Source: Schizochytrium sp. TIO01
Lineage: Eukaryota; Protista; Bigyra: Labyrinthulomycetes
DNA: 64,000 bases
Direction: 5' to 3'
NCBI GenBank assembly: GCA_004764695.1
Contig: SMSO01000037.1
Coordinates: forward strand, 4,006,747-4,070,746
Part shown: positions 12,101 to 26,352 of the stretch, in pieces
Layout: every line of letters starts with the position of its first letter
How positions within the stretch are numbered: the first letter of the stretch is position 1
Made by a program: the position numbers and the translations under genes
The notes under the pieces: generated by a model
Told to the model about the DNA's origin: nothing
Databases searched by the model: none
The model's input: the letters and a program-made list of their open reading frames with translations, nothing else

Positions 12101-15100
12101 GGGAGCCAGTGGAATGAAGGCGTCGCTCCCACCATTCGTCTTCAGGTGGCTTGCCCTTACTTTAGGATTACATGCTGCATTGGCGAAGCTTGAAACTTGT
12201 TCTGGTTTTCTGTTTCTCCTTTTTGATGTTCGAATTGAAACCCCTGAGTCTTTTTCTGTTTTTATGATGTTTTTCCTTTTATTTTTCTTTTAAACAAAAA
12301 ATACATTTATTTCCAGCTTCAAACCCTTCATCAAGTTGCTCGTCGGCACCTGTTGGTTTGGCTTGCTCTTACCAAGTTCAGTTCTTCACTATAATTGATT
12401 GGATAAATTTATATATCCTTACCAAAAAGAATGTAAGATTTCGATCGATGCATTGACCATTTATTCTTGTCTGGAATATGTTCACATTCCGCAGCTCTAG
12501 TGCCTCTCTCCAAAATGTAGACATCCAACCAAAATCCTATTATGCAGAATGCTTTGAGCAGCCTCCTCGAGGACTGTAGAGCTAAAAACTCTCTTTGGAG
12601 ATTGTTTTTAATCATTCCTGATCCTGTCAAATTTTGGATGGTGTCGCACGTGAAAATTCCATGTCGTCGCTTTTCTATCCCTCAGTTATTCCTCAGTTAT
12701 TCCATCCAACAGCACCGAAGCACAAAAACAAATTAGAAAGCCCTCAAATAGCATGAAAATAGCTCCTTCCTTTTCTCAAACCTACAATTCAAATGCAGCA
12801 CGATGGATTTGTTTTCCCTTTTAAGTCCTTTCTCAAACTGCCTTCATTTCTTTCTTTCGATGTCGTCGTCATTGTTTTTCTTAAAGTATAGAAGAGGAAA
12901 GAAAAGAGCGTCGCACTCGCTATGTATTGCGTGCCAATAATGGTGGTAGGGAGCATGAAGAGGGCGAAAGCCCACCGTGGACTCGGCAAACATGTGACAG
13001 GATTGTGGGGGCGTCCCGAAGGCTCCAGCATCCGGCATGTGCTGGACCAGTAAGGCTTTCAACAAAGGAAAACTGGCAGAGCAAATCATTTTGACTATCT
13101 CCACGGTCCTCCCTACTTGAAGGTTGGATTATTTTTCGAAATGAAGAGAGTATTTAGATCGACAATGTTTTGTTTACTCTGTTTTTGTTCTTTTAGAAGT
13201 AAATAACAGTTTGATAATTCCTATAACTAGCATATTTATATAACACTTCCTGGGGAGATCAGAGTAGAAGCCCACTATGGGATTCACTAGTAACTAAAAT
13301 GGCCAAATGAAACTGTTCGACAGACTAAGAAGAGCTCCGTGGACACCGGCCAAGCCGCTCCGCTCCACTACTAACTAGGTGCCTGCGCGTTATTTTTTGT
13401 TTCTTTCTTTAAATGGATTTGTTCTTTGATTGTTCGATTGCCATTCGAGGCTGAGAGAGGAGGTATCTTCCTTCCGTCTAAGGAGGGCGATGCAATTGCA
13501 GGACAGATTCACTTTTCAAATAAAACTAGAGGAACAACTGGAACCTGATACTAATGACCATTCCAAAGACGAGATACAAAGTAGTCAAGCTTCATGCGCC
13601 AAGGGGAGGACGGAGATGGTGCTTGCATAGACGGGGAACTTTGTTTCGGCTAATACCGCGTGCTGCTTATGCGCGCCTTGCTTGGCGTAGTAGCATTATT
13701 TCGCCTGCCATTTCGTCAATTGAATAGACTCTAAATGATGATTTATTTTAATTTAAAAGTGACGCAATCAATGTGCCTACTATCGATTTCCCTCTTCAGA
13801 ATTCTCAATCCTTTTTATCCATCAGAAGTTGCCTTCATAGCTACAGTACCTGCTAGTAAACTCTTTTTCTTTTTCTCTCCCCTTTACTCGTGACCTTCAC
13901 TATAGAAATTGAATAATTAAAATAAATAGAATAAATAATATTCATAACTCATTCATTATCTTCTGCTGCTGTGACTGCCTTATCCAGAACCAGCGCTCTT
14001 CCTCCTTGCTGTTCTTACAGACTCGGGCCGTAGGAACTCACGAGCGCGGTGGGACGTCGGAGCGGCGAGTAGGTACGCGCTAGTCTGACTGGGCTCAGAA
14101 CCAGAGGCTCGCGGCAACCAGGTCTGGCACAGCTGGAAGGCGGCTTTTGCCTGGGTTTGGGGATATACCGCAAGCAGGCGCCTGCATGGAAAAATGCTGG
14201 TGAGAAAAGTGCCACCATTAGTCTTTCTTTCTTTTACTCTCTTTTCTCTCTTTCGTCCTATACCGCCGCATTTCTAACTTTCTTTTGTTTCTATCTTTTT
14301 AACTGTGAAGCTGTGTAGCCTCTGTGGACAACCTACTAAGACCCCCTCCTCTTACAACTACAATGCACTGGATAGATGAAGGACAAAGAAATTAAAACTG
14401 CATGTGCCGGCATGATCTATCGAAGGTAGCGTGCTCAACATTTGCTCATACATTATTATGAAGTATGTTTGCTTTTGTCATTCTGGCGATCACTCATTTC
14501 TTTTCTTTACTCGATCGGGCTGTGCGCTACTCAATAGCACGCGCGCTACAGACTAGTAACTCCGTTCTACTAGTGGGCTCCTTAGATTATAGCAGTTCAT
14601 ACGCAGGTTCCCAGAAGGGATCTCGTCAATGGACCCCACTTTTTTAATTCTATATTCTTAGTATATTTAATAAAACAATTTGAATGAACATTCGAAAGTT
14701 TATTTTAGGTTCTTTTAATTTATTTCCTGGTGGCTATCTTATTTTTTTTATTTTTTTATTATAATCTCTTTGCAAGTTTTCAAACTAAATTAGGAAGTTG
14801 TTATTGGTTTGAGTTAACAGCTGCATATCCTATCCTATTCTTTCGTCACGAAGTTGAAAGACGCTTAAGTAACCTTTAGAGCAAACGAAGGTCTCTAAGC
14901 TCAAACCTATGGAAGGTGCCATAGTATATTCTTTCTTTCTTTCTTTCTATTTTATTTTAATTTATTATATATAAGAGTAAACCAAAACAAAACAGACAGA
15001 GGGCTCTCTCAGAAGAAAAGAACTCGAAGCATCTTCGAATTTTTGCATGTTCGCTCATCTTTCAAGCTCGCCGTCCGCCTCTGCGACACACGTCATGGCG

Positions 15101-17095
15101 CCTCTCCTTGTCAAGTTGTTGAGATCCTTCAGCATAATAAAATATATTCAGATCTATCGAAGAGGAGGCGAATCAGAGCGGAATCCGCACCAGCAAGGCG
15201 GGTGAGTTCGAGGCCATCCAGCGTGACGAGAAAAACGCGACTCGAATGAAACGCGCTTCTCGTCTATTAAAAGTAAAGAGAATACTCTTCAAGTGGCTCA
15301 TCATTATCTTACTTTTTCTTTTTCCTAAAGATCTTTGATCAACTTAAAAACGTTTTTTTGTTTTTTGTTTTTTGTTAAATGCGGAAAAAATAACTTTAGA
15401 TTAAGACCTACCAGTAGTCTAGGAATGGTGCCCTCGTAACAGTGCGCGTGAGCGTCTTAGTATTATGATGCAGACAAGGATGAGCGCGAAAAGGGCGATC
15501 GTGATGAGGTGTTCTTCTTTTCAGGCGTCACGCTGGTCAAGATGAACAGACGGTCTGCTTGTTTAGCGCGCCTGTTCTTTGGGGTTTCCAGAGGCGAGTC
15601 GATTCGAGCATGGCACTTGCTCCACTAGTGCAGCTAGCTAGGTATATGCATTACAGTTCAAGAAACGGCAAGTGCGAAGATACATTCACTGGTAGTGATA
15701 GCTAGCTGAAGCTAGCTTTGCTTGGTCGTGATGAGCAGCGGCCCATCACGATTCGTTATCGTTATGGGGTGAATGAGTGAGTGCTGAAGCGATATCGCGC
15801 AGATCTGCGGCGCATTGGCCCCTGATATCCGAGCGTCGAGTGCAAAACTAGCAAACCTGCTCATGGCACAACGGAGAAGCCTAGTCGCGCGATTAATTTG
15901 ATGAAATAGAAGCTCTTTTATTTTTTGGAGAACGAGGAACAGTGCAAGGAAGACTAACCATAATTTGAGGTTGACAGTGGCGAGAACTATCGCTCAATAA
16001 ATAGGCACACGATAATTACATTCTCAATCATGAGGCAGCATGATTTAGCAGAGACACTGAAAAAGAAACTAAAAAGAAGGATGATAATTCATGCATGCCT
16101 TCAAAGAGAATGTGCCTCCGTCACGTCGGGCGAAATTGCTTGCTTGCTTGCTTGCTTGCTTATGGTACCTAGGCTGATTCCGTTGTAGTCACGGCAACTG
16201 CAGACGACATTATTGTAGCCTCGACCGACCAGAGGAGAGGAGGCCACTCTCTCTAGCTCTCGTGTAAGAAAGTTATGAATGTGATGATCAAAGTAGCAAC
16301 CTTTGAACAAAAAAGTGGCACCATCTTGCCGAAGCCCCACAATTCTTCTCTATGCCGTGCCTCTGTTACCTGTCTGCATACCTCCATTATCATAGATAGG
16401 TGTGCGGATGCTGCTACGCCCATTCTGGTGCGACTGCACGCCTCGTCTAGGCGAAGGAAGCAATTCTGATGACTGAGACAATCGGAAGAGAATCACCACA
16501 AATCACAAGGTTATGCATAACTTCGGAAGCGTGCATTACAGTTGCTGCATTGGCCACGGCCAGGCAGCATTTTCTGCCCAAGCCCGTGCAGCCATTTGCG
16601 CCGATCTTAGTCCACAGAGTTGTAACAAGCGATAACCATGGCTTGCTCAATTACAGGCCAGCAACGCAAACCTGAGCGAGAAAAGTAATGAGAGAACTGA
16701 AGAGCCCTTCTTGGCGCAAGTAACGGTGGCCGAAGATCGGCATATTTATTTCCTGCAGCCTAGTTTCCAGACTCTGGCCAAATTAATTATGCAACTCGAG
16801 TTGACCTTCCTCCTCTGCCACGCCCACTCGCCTGGCCAGCGCCAACGGCTTGGCGGCAATCGGGAGCTCGCTCGCTCCTGAGTGAGTCAGTCAGTCAGTG
16901 AAATTACAATTTCCTTGTCCATCTTCGTAGAAACAGCTAGGCGTTACACTGTGAGTGCCTGCCTGATGGTCTCGAATTCTGCAACACAGCTCGCCGCCAC
17001 AAGCGTTCGAGCTTTAGCCATGCCGTGCCGCCAAGAGAGCTCCGTTTGGCGCCGTCGCTCCAAAGAAGCGGGACTTCTCGGAGGGCCCCTTGAAC

Positions 17096-17150
17096 GCAAG
17101 CAAGCAAGCAAGCAAGCAAGCAAGCCTGCAAGCAAGCAAGCCTGCTGCAG
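17096..17150. repeat. (GCAA)n microsatellite
   Basis: Direct reading; a complementary (TTGC)n array lies at ~17572-17610. Confidence 0.92.
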
Positions 17151-19122
17151 AGCCCAAGCAAGGTAAACAAACCACTGAGCTAGCTCGAGACTCGCTGCTC
17201 TGCGAGTTGTTAAGTCAAACCGCCGTCGGCATTTTTCTCCAGGACCACCGCTTTTGGCGCTCCATCTTGAATGTGGGGCGCCTCTTCTACGCCTTTCATT
17301 CCGCTTTCATTCCCCTGCAGGCCATATCGAAGCTGTACAGCGCTGTGGTTCTTATAGTGCCGGCAGTACAAGCGCCTTTCGTTACCACCAGCTTGTAGGT
17401 CACCAAGCAAGCGTGTGGCAGCACCTTTCATTTTATTTTATTATATCATCTAGCTAGATAGATCACTGCGCAGGCGCGTACGAAGGTGGGCAAGCCGAGT
17501 TTGTTGGGTAAGTTGGAGCCAGGATGCTGCCAGACCAGCACATTTCAACTCCACCCATCTCGCTAATTTGTTTGCTTGCTTGCTTGCTTGCTTGCTTGCT
17601 CGCTTGCTTGTTGTCCATTTCTTTGCTTTCTTTGCCCTGAAATTGAGGGAATTAGCTTTGGGTAGATCGCTCTGCTCTGCTCTGCTTGCCTCTCTCCGTC
17701 TGTTCCTCCTTTGCGTGCGTGCTGCCCTCTCTGTTTCCCACTCACTCACTGTGCTTTCAGCTGCCAGCTTGCGGAGAAACCTTGTGACACAAACAGACCA
17801 AGTCCCATGAAAATGCTGAGCGGAAAGCCTCCGGGAAGCCCAAAGTTACGCATGTGCCAGCGGAGCGTGCAGCGTCAGTTATGGCCGGCTCGAGCCACGC
17901 AGCGTCGCTCGAGGGCAAGCGGAGGCACGCTTGGGAGAGGCAGGCGCGCCGTGCTGGCGTGAAATTAACCAAATGGCGAGCTGGCAACGCGCTTTGCCTG
18001 CTTGCCTGTCTTCTTGCCTGCATGCGGAATTCTTGTTCGATTCTCGATTTTTTATGTTTATCATAGCAAATAAAAAGGTTTCCCTGATTGTTGTATTCTT
18101 TTGAAAAACTTAAATTTAAAATAAAAAAATATTATTTAAAAAAAATAAAAAAAATATCCTACATATTAGCGATGGTTTTTATGTTGGTATAATTCATGTC
18201 TTTCTTCTATCAAAGGCAAAAAGTGAAGGACATGGAACACTGGTAGTTGTCTACTACTACTACTACTCAGATTTTTGAAGTACACTAATAGCAATGTTGG
18301 CTATCCTTATTATTGTTTGTTTAACCAACTTGGGTAAGAATCCAAGTTTAGAGGAGGCGATATCAAAATCTCATCAGGCTAGGGCAGTAACTGGCAAATG
18401 AGGGTCCCTCCCTTCAAAACTTTCAGAATGTCCTCAAGCTTCCAAGGTATAATTTTGAGCATTCCTATAATCTACTGGTCTCGGGGACTCTGAGTGCGCC
18501 GATCTCTTCCTCACTTTTTTGGATTCAAGATTCTGCTGATCCTCGCCACGCCCGCACTCTATTGTACCCTTTTCCAACGAAACAGAACTAGGAATGACTC
18601 TTCTTGTCGCATTTTGTTTTCCTCCTTCTTCGCTCTCATTACCCTTACTTTAGAAATAATAATTTTAATGTATTATCTTTTTAAACTAAATTAAAACAAC
18701 AAAAACTAAACAAAAAACATAAACCTTTGAAGAATATTATTAATCAGAAGCTTTGTTTAAATTCAAACTCTAAAATTAAGAGGGAAAATACCATGCAATG
18801 AAAGAGAGAGGGGCAGGGAACTTGTTTCGACGCTGCACCCCTGGTCCCTTAAGTTTTTGATTTCGCAGTTTTCGACACATCGCTTTTTCCGGAGTAAGAA
18901 GGGAGCCCCGCCGTTCCGTTTGGGCGCAGTAAACAAAAACACTCGTCAGCCAGTCAGCCCTCCATCGCATGAAACAGCGAGACTCATCGCTCATTGGTGC
19001 GTGCGTGCCCTCAGCAGTGAGCCAACCATAGTTTTCCATGCGCCGGAAAACCAAAGAATTCCTGCGAACGCTGCTGCATTTCGGCCTTTGTTTGTGCCAG
19101 TTCTTTCCAGGATAGCGAGCGC

Positions 19123-19123
19123 T

Positions 19124-19173
<50 letters not shown>
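19123..19173. repeat. (TTTC)n microsatellite
   Basis: Direct reading. Confidence 0.95.
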
Positions 19174-19174
<1 letters not shown>

Positions 19175-21966
19175 ATTCCTTGTCGCGAGAGTCGCAAGAA
19201 CTTGGTTTTAGTCTTCTTTCTCCTGCTTAACATTCAGCTTTTCTTTCGTCAACCAACCCTTCGCATTTTCACTGTTTGCCGAGGCGTCTCATTTTTACTG
19301 GGAGTTGTTCTTGCTTTCCAACTCAGGGGCGATAGAGAAATGGAGAAATAGAGACAGAAAGATAGATGCACGATCCTCGACGGAAGAGCTAGAGCCGGGC
19401 GAGGACCTAGACAGCGGGAGTTCAGGCAGGTCTTCGAACCGGTTCAGACTGGCGCCTCGCTTCGCCTTCCTTCCTCTGGCCGCAGGCCGAGCCTTGGCGG
19501 CAAGCTAGTTAGCTGTCTGCCGGCCTGCCTGCCTCCACGAAAAAACGCAGCAGAAGAACCGCTGGCGAATCAGCCTCAAAGGCAAAAACCGCCTTTCAAT
19601 CAAGATAGATCCTAACGCAGTCAAACAGACCCCCAGGCTTCAAGCAGAGCTCTTGCTTTGAAACTTCGCCTTCGGACTGTTGACGACTGGGTGGGTCCCT
19701 CATACTATCAATGGATGCTTTTCCTGGTTCTCTCTGTCTGAAGCGATTTACGCGCTTTGTTGTAAAAGACTTAGACCTCCTGAGAGAGAGAACGAAGGAG
19801 TCTAGCTAGCTAGCTAGTTGCCTACCATGGCTTTCCGTGCCTGCTGAGTTTTGAGCGATTTTAGAGGCCTCTATTCAATAATAATCGAAAGAAGACCATG
19901 TCGCGACTCTTGAAAACATTTCTCTGTCGAATTTAGTCAAACCACTTCTTCGCTGCTTTTCCCTTTTTCTATTTTTAAAAAAAAAGATAAATGAAAAGAC
20001 CTTGGTTTCTTTTAGTTAGCAGCGCTTATTCAGGACCCGGCAGATGGCGTCCCTGGACTTGATCGCTAGGTATTTCTAAGGACGGCGAATGATGGAGGAA
20101 GGGAAGGAAGGAGTTCTCGTTCGAAGAGGACGTGGACAGGAAGAAATGGCGCCGTCGCGAAACCGCGTTTTGCTGCTTTCTACGGCGACGTAGCGTCTCT
20201 GGTACTATGGCTGGCTGCCCGGCTGCCTGGCTAGCGAGCTGTTTATTTTAGCCATCGCCGCTTTGGGGGGAGAAGATAGATATTCACTCCATTTTGTTTT
20301 CTTTGGAATGAGGGGAAAGAAACGCAGCCTAACTCTCAATTGATTCCAGCAATGAGATTTTCAACCAACGCAGTGTTCAGTCCAACTCACAGCTTAACCT
20401 AACTCGATCCTCAACTCAACCCAAGTCAATTACATTCCGCCAATATCAATCAACTCAAGACAGCTTTCAATTCGATTGAATTAATCTGATCCAATAGCGT
20501 GGTGATTGGTGAACTAAGTCTCTTTTCTTTTGTGCCTGTGTTTACTTGGCTCTTCTTGAAAACCCGTTCAACCAAATTTATTTTATTCAAAAAAAGTAAT
20601 CTAAGCGAATAAGGACCTACGCACTTGGTATTCATTTTTAAGCCCTAGTCGCTGAGCGTTTCCTGCTTCGCAAGGAAGGCCTGCGTCTAGTCGAAGCATG
20701 TATTTCCCGCCTACCTATAACATGATTATTTTTTCAAAGGTTTTTTTTTTTTGGAAAAACTTCTAATCTTCAAGTTTCTCTTTCTTTGCTATTTCCAGTA
20801 TTTTAAAAGTATAATGAAACATAGACTCTCAAAATGCAGAACAACCTGTACTTAGTACTACAACCTCCAGAGATACTAGAAGAGGAGCCAGAAAGTAAGT
20901 AAGTAAGTCAGCCCGAGATCATCAAAAAGCGAGCGAGACGCAGACGTTCAGGAGGGTCGTCCCTTCCTTCAGAAATCCGAAGCTGCTAAGAACCAACCCT
21001 CCCATGTCTTGACCCCTGCAAGCTCAAGCCGCTCTCCAGCCAACTCCAACTCCCCCCTCCTCCATTCTGGGAATCCTCAATCTTCAGGTATCTATTCATT
21101 CATTTATTCATTCATTCGCTCATTCAGACAGCCAGAGAAATGTTCATCTCAAAATCAGCGAACCCTCCGGAGAAACCCCGCGGGGACACCTGCAGAGCGT
21201 CATCTTCCTCTTTCTGGGCAAGAATAGTTCATTTCTCTCATTCTTTGATCTTTCGCGTGAGGGAAAGATTTTCTTTTCTTTTTTAAGCGGTCTCTAGAGA
21301 AAACATCCATTAATAATGAATGAATGAATCAGGAGCGCGAATTGCGGTGATGCATTTACTCATTCACTCACTTATTCATTCATTCATTCATTCATTCATT
21401 CATTCATGGATTGGCCGCGAGCTAAGCGACCGTAGGCGGATGCTCGGCCTCGGAGATGGACCAGAGGGAGCAGAACCTAGCAGGCCGGCAGGCTTCGGTT
21501 TGCGGGGCCACGCGTCCGTCCTGTTGATACGTCCTTAGCGAGAGAGAACTCCGCAAATGGTCTCAGTGGGAGGGGCACAGAAGGAGCGCGGCACATGCCG
21601 AAGATTCCTTCGCCCGTTCCCTTTCTCAAGATAATCATAATATTAATAATCAATACGCATACGACGATAAAAAGGAACTTCCTCCACGAGCGGTGCCCTC
21701 CCTCCGTCTGTCCCTCCTGCTTCGGCTGCCTTCCTGCCTCTCCCAGCACTTGAGCATGTTGGTTTGCTCGCGGGGAGAAAGTTCTTCTCCGCCTTTTCTT
21801 AAAGCTGGCCGCGGCCTTTCACCGCGCGGCTCTGCCAGTCCCTCCGGGTATCTTGGTCTTCGGACGCCACCCACGCGGCGTTACCCTTTCGAGCTGTCAG
21901 GATATATCAGCGAAGGACGTTCCGAATGGCCCAAACAAAACGCCCCAGAGGAGAAGGAGAAGGGGC

Positions 21967-22352
21967 GACTGACTGACTGACTGTCTGTCCGTCTGATGAA
22001 TGAATGAATGAATGAATGAATGAATGAATGAATGAATGAATACGCCAGAGAGAGCTTTGGCTCGCTTTGTCGCCTGCGTTCCTCTTGCTTGCTTGCTTGC
22101 TTGCTGTGAAAAAGGCGGCGCTGCTTATAGATAGGAGCGCAGGCTCACAGGCGCGAGAGCTGTGCGAGTTGGAGGTTCCCAGGTCCTCGTTGCAGCACGC
22201 ACAGAAAGAAAGAATGAATGAAAGAAAGAATGAATGAAAGAAAGAATGAATGAAAGAATGAATGAAAGAATGAATGAAAGAATGAATGAATGAATGAATG
22301 AATGAATGAATGAAAGAATGAATGAATGAATGAATGAATGAATGAATGAATG
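21967..22352. repeat. Compound tetranucleotide cluster (GACT)n-(TGAA)n...(TTGC)n...(GAAT/GAAA)n
   Basis: (GAAT)n at 21996-22041 and a ~150-bp mixed GAAT/GAAA array at 22204-22352. Confidence 0.95.
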
Positions 22353-25300
22353 GAGAAAGCTTGAGATGCGTCGATTGGGCTCGGGACTGAGGGAGAAGGA
22401 ATCTCTGAGTTGAATGAAGCCTTTGCGCTTGCTTACTTACATACTTACTTGGTTCTTCGTGGGTGACGGAGGTCTTGTCTGATATGAGGCGATGGAATGA
22501 TGCGATGTCATCGGCGCCGATCATCTGTCTACGCAGGAGAGAAACGAAGCCACGAAACAGTGAAAGCATGAGAGAATTCATGCTATGCATTGACTTATTA
22601 TTTATTTTTTTAAATTTTCTTTCATTTCATTCTACTTTGCTTGCGTTACTCCTTTTCATCTTTACTTCTTTCTTTTAAGACTATAATATCAAAGGACTGA
22701 CCGTAGAGAGAGCTAACTTTCTGGTTTATACATTTGTTTTGTAGAAAAGCCGCGCTCGAGCCTTCTCCGGTTCCCTTGTGGATGGGAATGGCATTTGGCT
22801 GTAAGATTCAACGTATTATGAAAAAACAGCACCTCGCCCTTTTCTCAAAAAGGCAGTTCTTCAATATTTACTTGATTTTTCATAACCAAAGAACACGATG
22901 TACTCGCTGCGAAGAAGGAACTAGACTCAAATTAGCAGTGCATGCTACTACTACCTCCTAGCAAAGACTGACTGAGGAACTCGAAACGAAACGAGATGAA
23001 AAGAAATGTGCGAGGTGGCGCGGGGGGAGTGAGTGCTCTGCCAATGACAACCGCTTGGGATTACGCCGCCCCGGCCGGAGCCAAACGAGCTGCGGCTGCT
23101 CGACACAGAGTGCGCTGGAGATACACGAACGGGCGCCTCTCTTTCTCTTTTCTGGGAGCGAGTGAGTGAACGAGTGGGTGCTTGCTTACCTTTGAAGGCG
23201 ACGGTGCCTGGAGAAACAGCGATTCTTATCTCTCTCTCTGCACACTGTGTTTGGTTCTTGGAAACTCGCAGCTTGCTTCGCTGCCTTTAGCAAAGATACC
23301 CAGCTTTTTCCTTTCAGACAAAAAAGAAGGCAGAAGGCGAAGGCAGAAGGCGAAGGCAGAAGCAGAAGCAGGAGGAGGAGAGGAACGATCACTCCGGCGC
23401 TGAGCTTTCTTCTCGAACTCAGGGCTCGAGCTTTTGGAGAAAGATGACGCTGCGAAGAAGAAATTTAAGAGCCACTCGAATGCAGGGTAGCTGGACCTCG
23501 TTGCTTTCGAAAACTAGGCACTTTCGCATACCTCAGTGATTTCTGAGATTCTGAACCCGACTGAGGGCTCCCTTGCGGCCACAGATGAAAGAGGCGCCAA
23601 GCTGCTACCGCAAGCATTACCCACAGTATAACCTTGTAATTGAATCTGACTGCTACAAGGGAAGCAAGTACAAGGCTATAGATGACACAGCTTGAAGAAC
23701 AGACTTGTGGTAGCGGAGGGTCACGGTCCCTTGCTTTTCAATGGGGCCAGCCAGAGCAGCAGCAGAAGCGAGCATGGACCAAGAATATGCGAAGGCAAGG
23801 CCGCACCGCCTCGGCATGAACTCAGCTCCGGTGAAGACGCACACACGCATCTCCAGCGACGGAGCCAAGGCCCGACTCCCTGTGCAGGCAGCCGAGCGCA
23901 AAACGGCCAGCTTAGACCGGCGCTAGCTGGACAGATAGATACATACATAGATACATTTTACATAGATACAGATATATTGACTGCTATGGCCTCTGAGCTG
24001 ACTCCGGCGCCTCTAGTTTTGACCCGGCGGTACTAGGGCAGCATTCTAATTCTCGCGGGGCTAGGTTAGAATGCGTGGCTGAGAATGCAGCGAGTTTGAG
24101 GGAAGGCACGGGCGGGCAGGCGGCTGGCGAGGCAGACGCGAGAAAGAAAAGCGCAGTCGGCCATCATCCGCAGCTGTGAATGGCTGTAGTTGCAAACGGA
24201 GCTTTTGCTTTGTCGTTATTTATTTCTTGGTCTCTGAGCCGCGAGGATCTATCTGGCTGGCTGATCGAGCAGCGGTAGCCGGCGAATAGGAGGAAGGTAG
24301 GAAGAAGCAAGAGAGAGAGAGCAAGTAAGTAAGTAAGTAAGTAAGTAAGTGCCCAGAAGAAGAAAGTTTGAAAGACAGCGAGCGATCTCTGAAGATTGGT
24401 TGATGCGGACAGGAAACAGAACTGTTAGTCCGTGCGCCGCCGTTTGCGAGAGAGAAAGTAGACAGAAAGAAGAGAGGAAGAAAGAGGCCTGGTCCGCGAG
24501 AAAAGAGAAAGCAGGCGAAGCGGGGCAAAGAGAGCCTGCACGCAGGTTCAACGACCTAGGGCGAGTCGGTCTCGTGGCGAGTTGGGTTTGTTTACGAATC
24601 AACCAAGCAATCAGTACCTATCTATCATCTCTTCTGTTTCTTGTTCTAAATTCTTTTTGTTTGTTCTTGTTTTTGTACTTTTTCAAACGTTAGTTATGAT
24701 TGCTTGCCAACAACGATAGAACGAGTGAGGGATTCTTGCTCTTTTTGAAACAACATTATAACCTTCCTTCTTACTTAAGTCATAAGAGTTCACGTGGTCA
24801 CTCACTCATCTTGAAGGAGCTAGCTGAGCTATGAATATTCATTCGTCGATAATAAACGACTCTTGTAGAATTAAATTGGTCTTGCGCACCTGCCTCAGCC
24901 ACGGCCGTTGGACTCGCACGCGCGAGGCGCTGGGTGTAATGGGACGAGCTGAGAGAGAGAGAGAGTGGGAGGGAGAGAGCACTGGTGGCGGCTTAACGGT
25001 GGCTTGCTGGTGGAGGAGCATTGCAACGGATCGACGAAGGGCTCACGAGCCGACGACTTGGAGCAGGTTGGATGGACGAGGTCTAGATTTGAAAAATTGA
25101 AAGACGCGCTCGCTGGCTGGCTTGGAATTTCTCTTTTTTCTTTTTTCCTTTTTCTTTTTCCCCGTTTAGCGATAACTCTAGCAGCACTTTCCGAAAGAAG
25201 AAACGAAGGGAGATCGCGGTTGTTGTGATTGTGATGGGGACTTAGGTCCGAGGCAACTTTGAAGTCGAGGTCGCCCGCCAACTTTGTTTGTTTGTTTGTT

Positions 25301-25896
25301 TCTTTCTTCTTTCCTTCCCTCCTTCCTCAATCAACCCAAGTCGGTGTGTAGACCTTGGTCTTTCGTTGGTATCATGAACCCCTGAAAGCCCTGAAAGCCC
25401 TGAAAGCCTGGCATCCTCCTCCGCATGCCTGTTTTCGCCTGGCCTGCTTTCGCCTGCTTTCGCCTTTGCTTTCCGGTTTGTTCGTTTGCTGATGTGTTTT
25501 TGTTTGTCCCAGCAGATCAACTGAAAGATTCATTCAGACCTCTACTGTGACCGACGGCTCTGAACTCGAGTAATTGAGTGCACACTTGCCAGCTCTTCCT
25601 CGCAAAGAAAGAGCGACCTTCGCAACTTTCTCGCCAAGCTTGCAGCCTTTAACGGTTCAGACTCAAGAGCCCAAAGAGAGTGCGCTCCTTCGGATTTTCT
25701 TTTTGGCTCCAGCTTCTGTGAAGAAGAAGCAACAGACGAACCCAACCAAGTCAGAGATCACTCACCCATTGGCAAAATCAACAACAAATCGCGACCGTTA
25801 AAGCTTGGAGAGGCAGGCTTCGCTTTAGATGGCTGAATGTAGCGTTGGAGGCAGCCTCTGAATTGAATGAGGGCGTGTCGTGATCAGTTGAAAATA

Positions 25897-25978
25897 AACG
25901 AACGAACGAACGAACGAACGAACGAACGAACAAGCAAACAAGCAAACAGACAAACGAACGAACGAACGAACAAACAAA
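25897..25978. repeat. Compound (AACG)n/(AAAC/AAGC)n array
   Basis: Direct reading. Confidence 0.95.
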
Positions 25979-26309
25979 TTTCTAACGATGTTTTCTCTCG
26001 CTTATACTCAGTCTCTGGATAAGACGAAAGATCCCGCTCTAGAAGTTGCTATATACCACCTACGTAGGTCCATGATCTAAATTTGATATTTAAAAAAAAA
26101 AGAAACAGAGAAAGTGAAGAAAACTCGATGCTTTGCTGTAAATGGCGTAGTAGTAAGCCAGCGAAGGGCAGAAAGAAGCATGCAAGAAGAGCGGGCAATC
26201 TAATACGGGTCAATATGGAGCGCGATAGGGCCGCCACAGCGGAAGGTCGGTTAATAAATGAACGATAAGCATGAGCAATGCCTTTTTCTCGTTTTGGAGA
26301 TCCTGTTCT

Positions 26310-26352
26310 TTCCTTCCTTCCTTCCTTCCTTCCTTCCTTCCTTCCTTCCTTC
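26310..26352. repeat. (TTCC)n microsatellite
   Basis: Direct reading. Confidence 0.95.
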
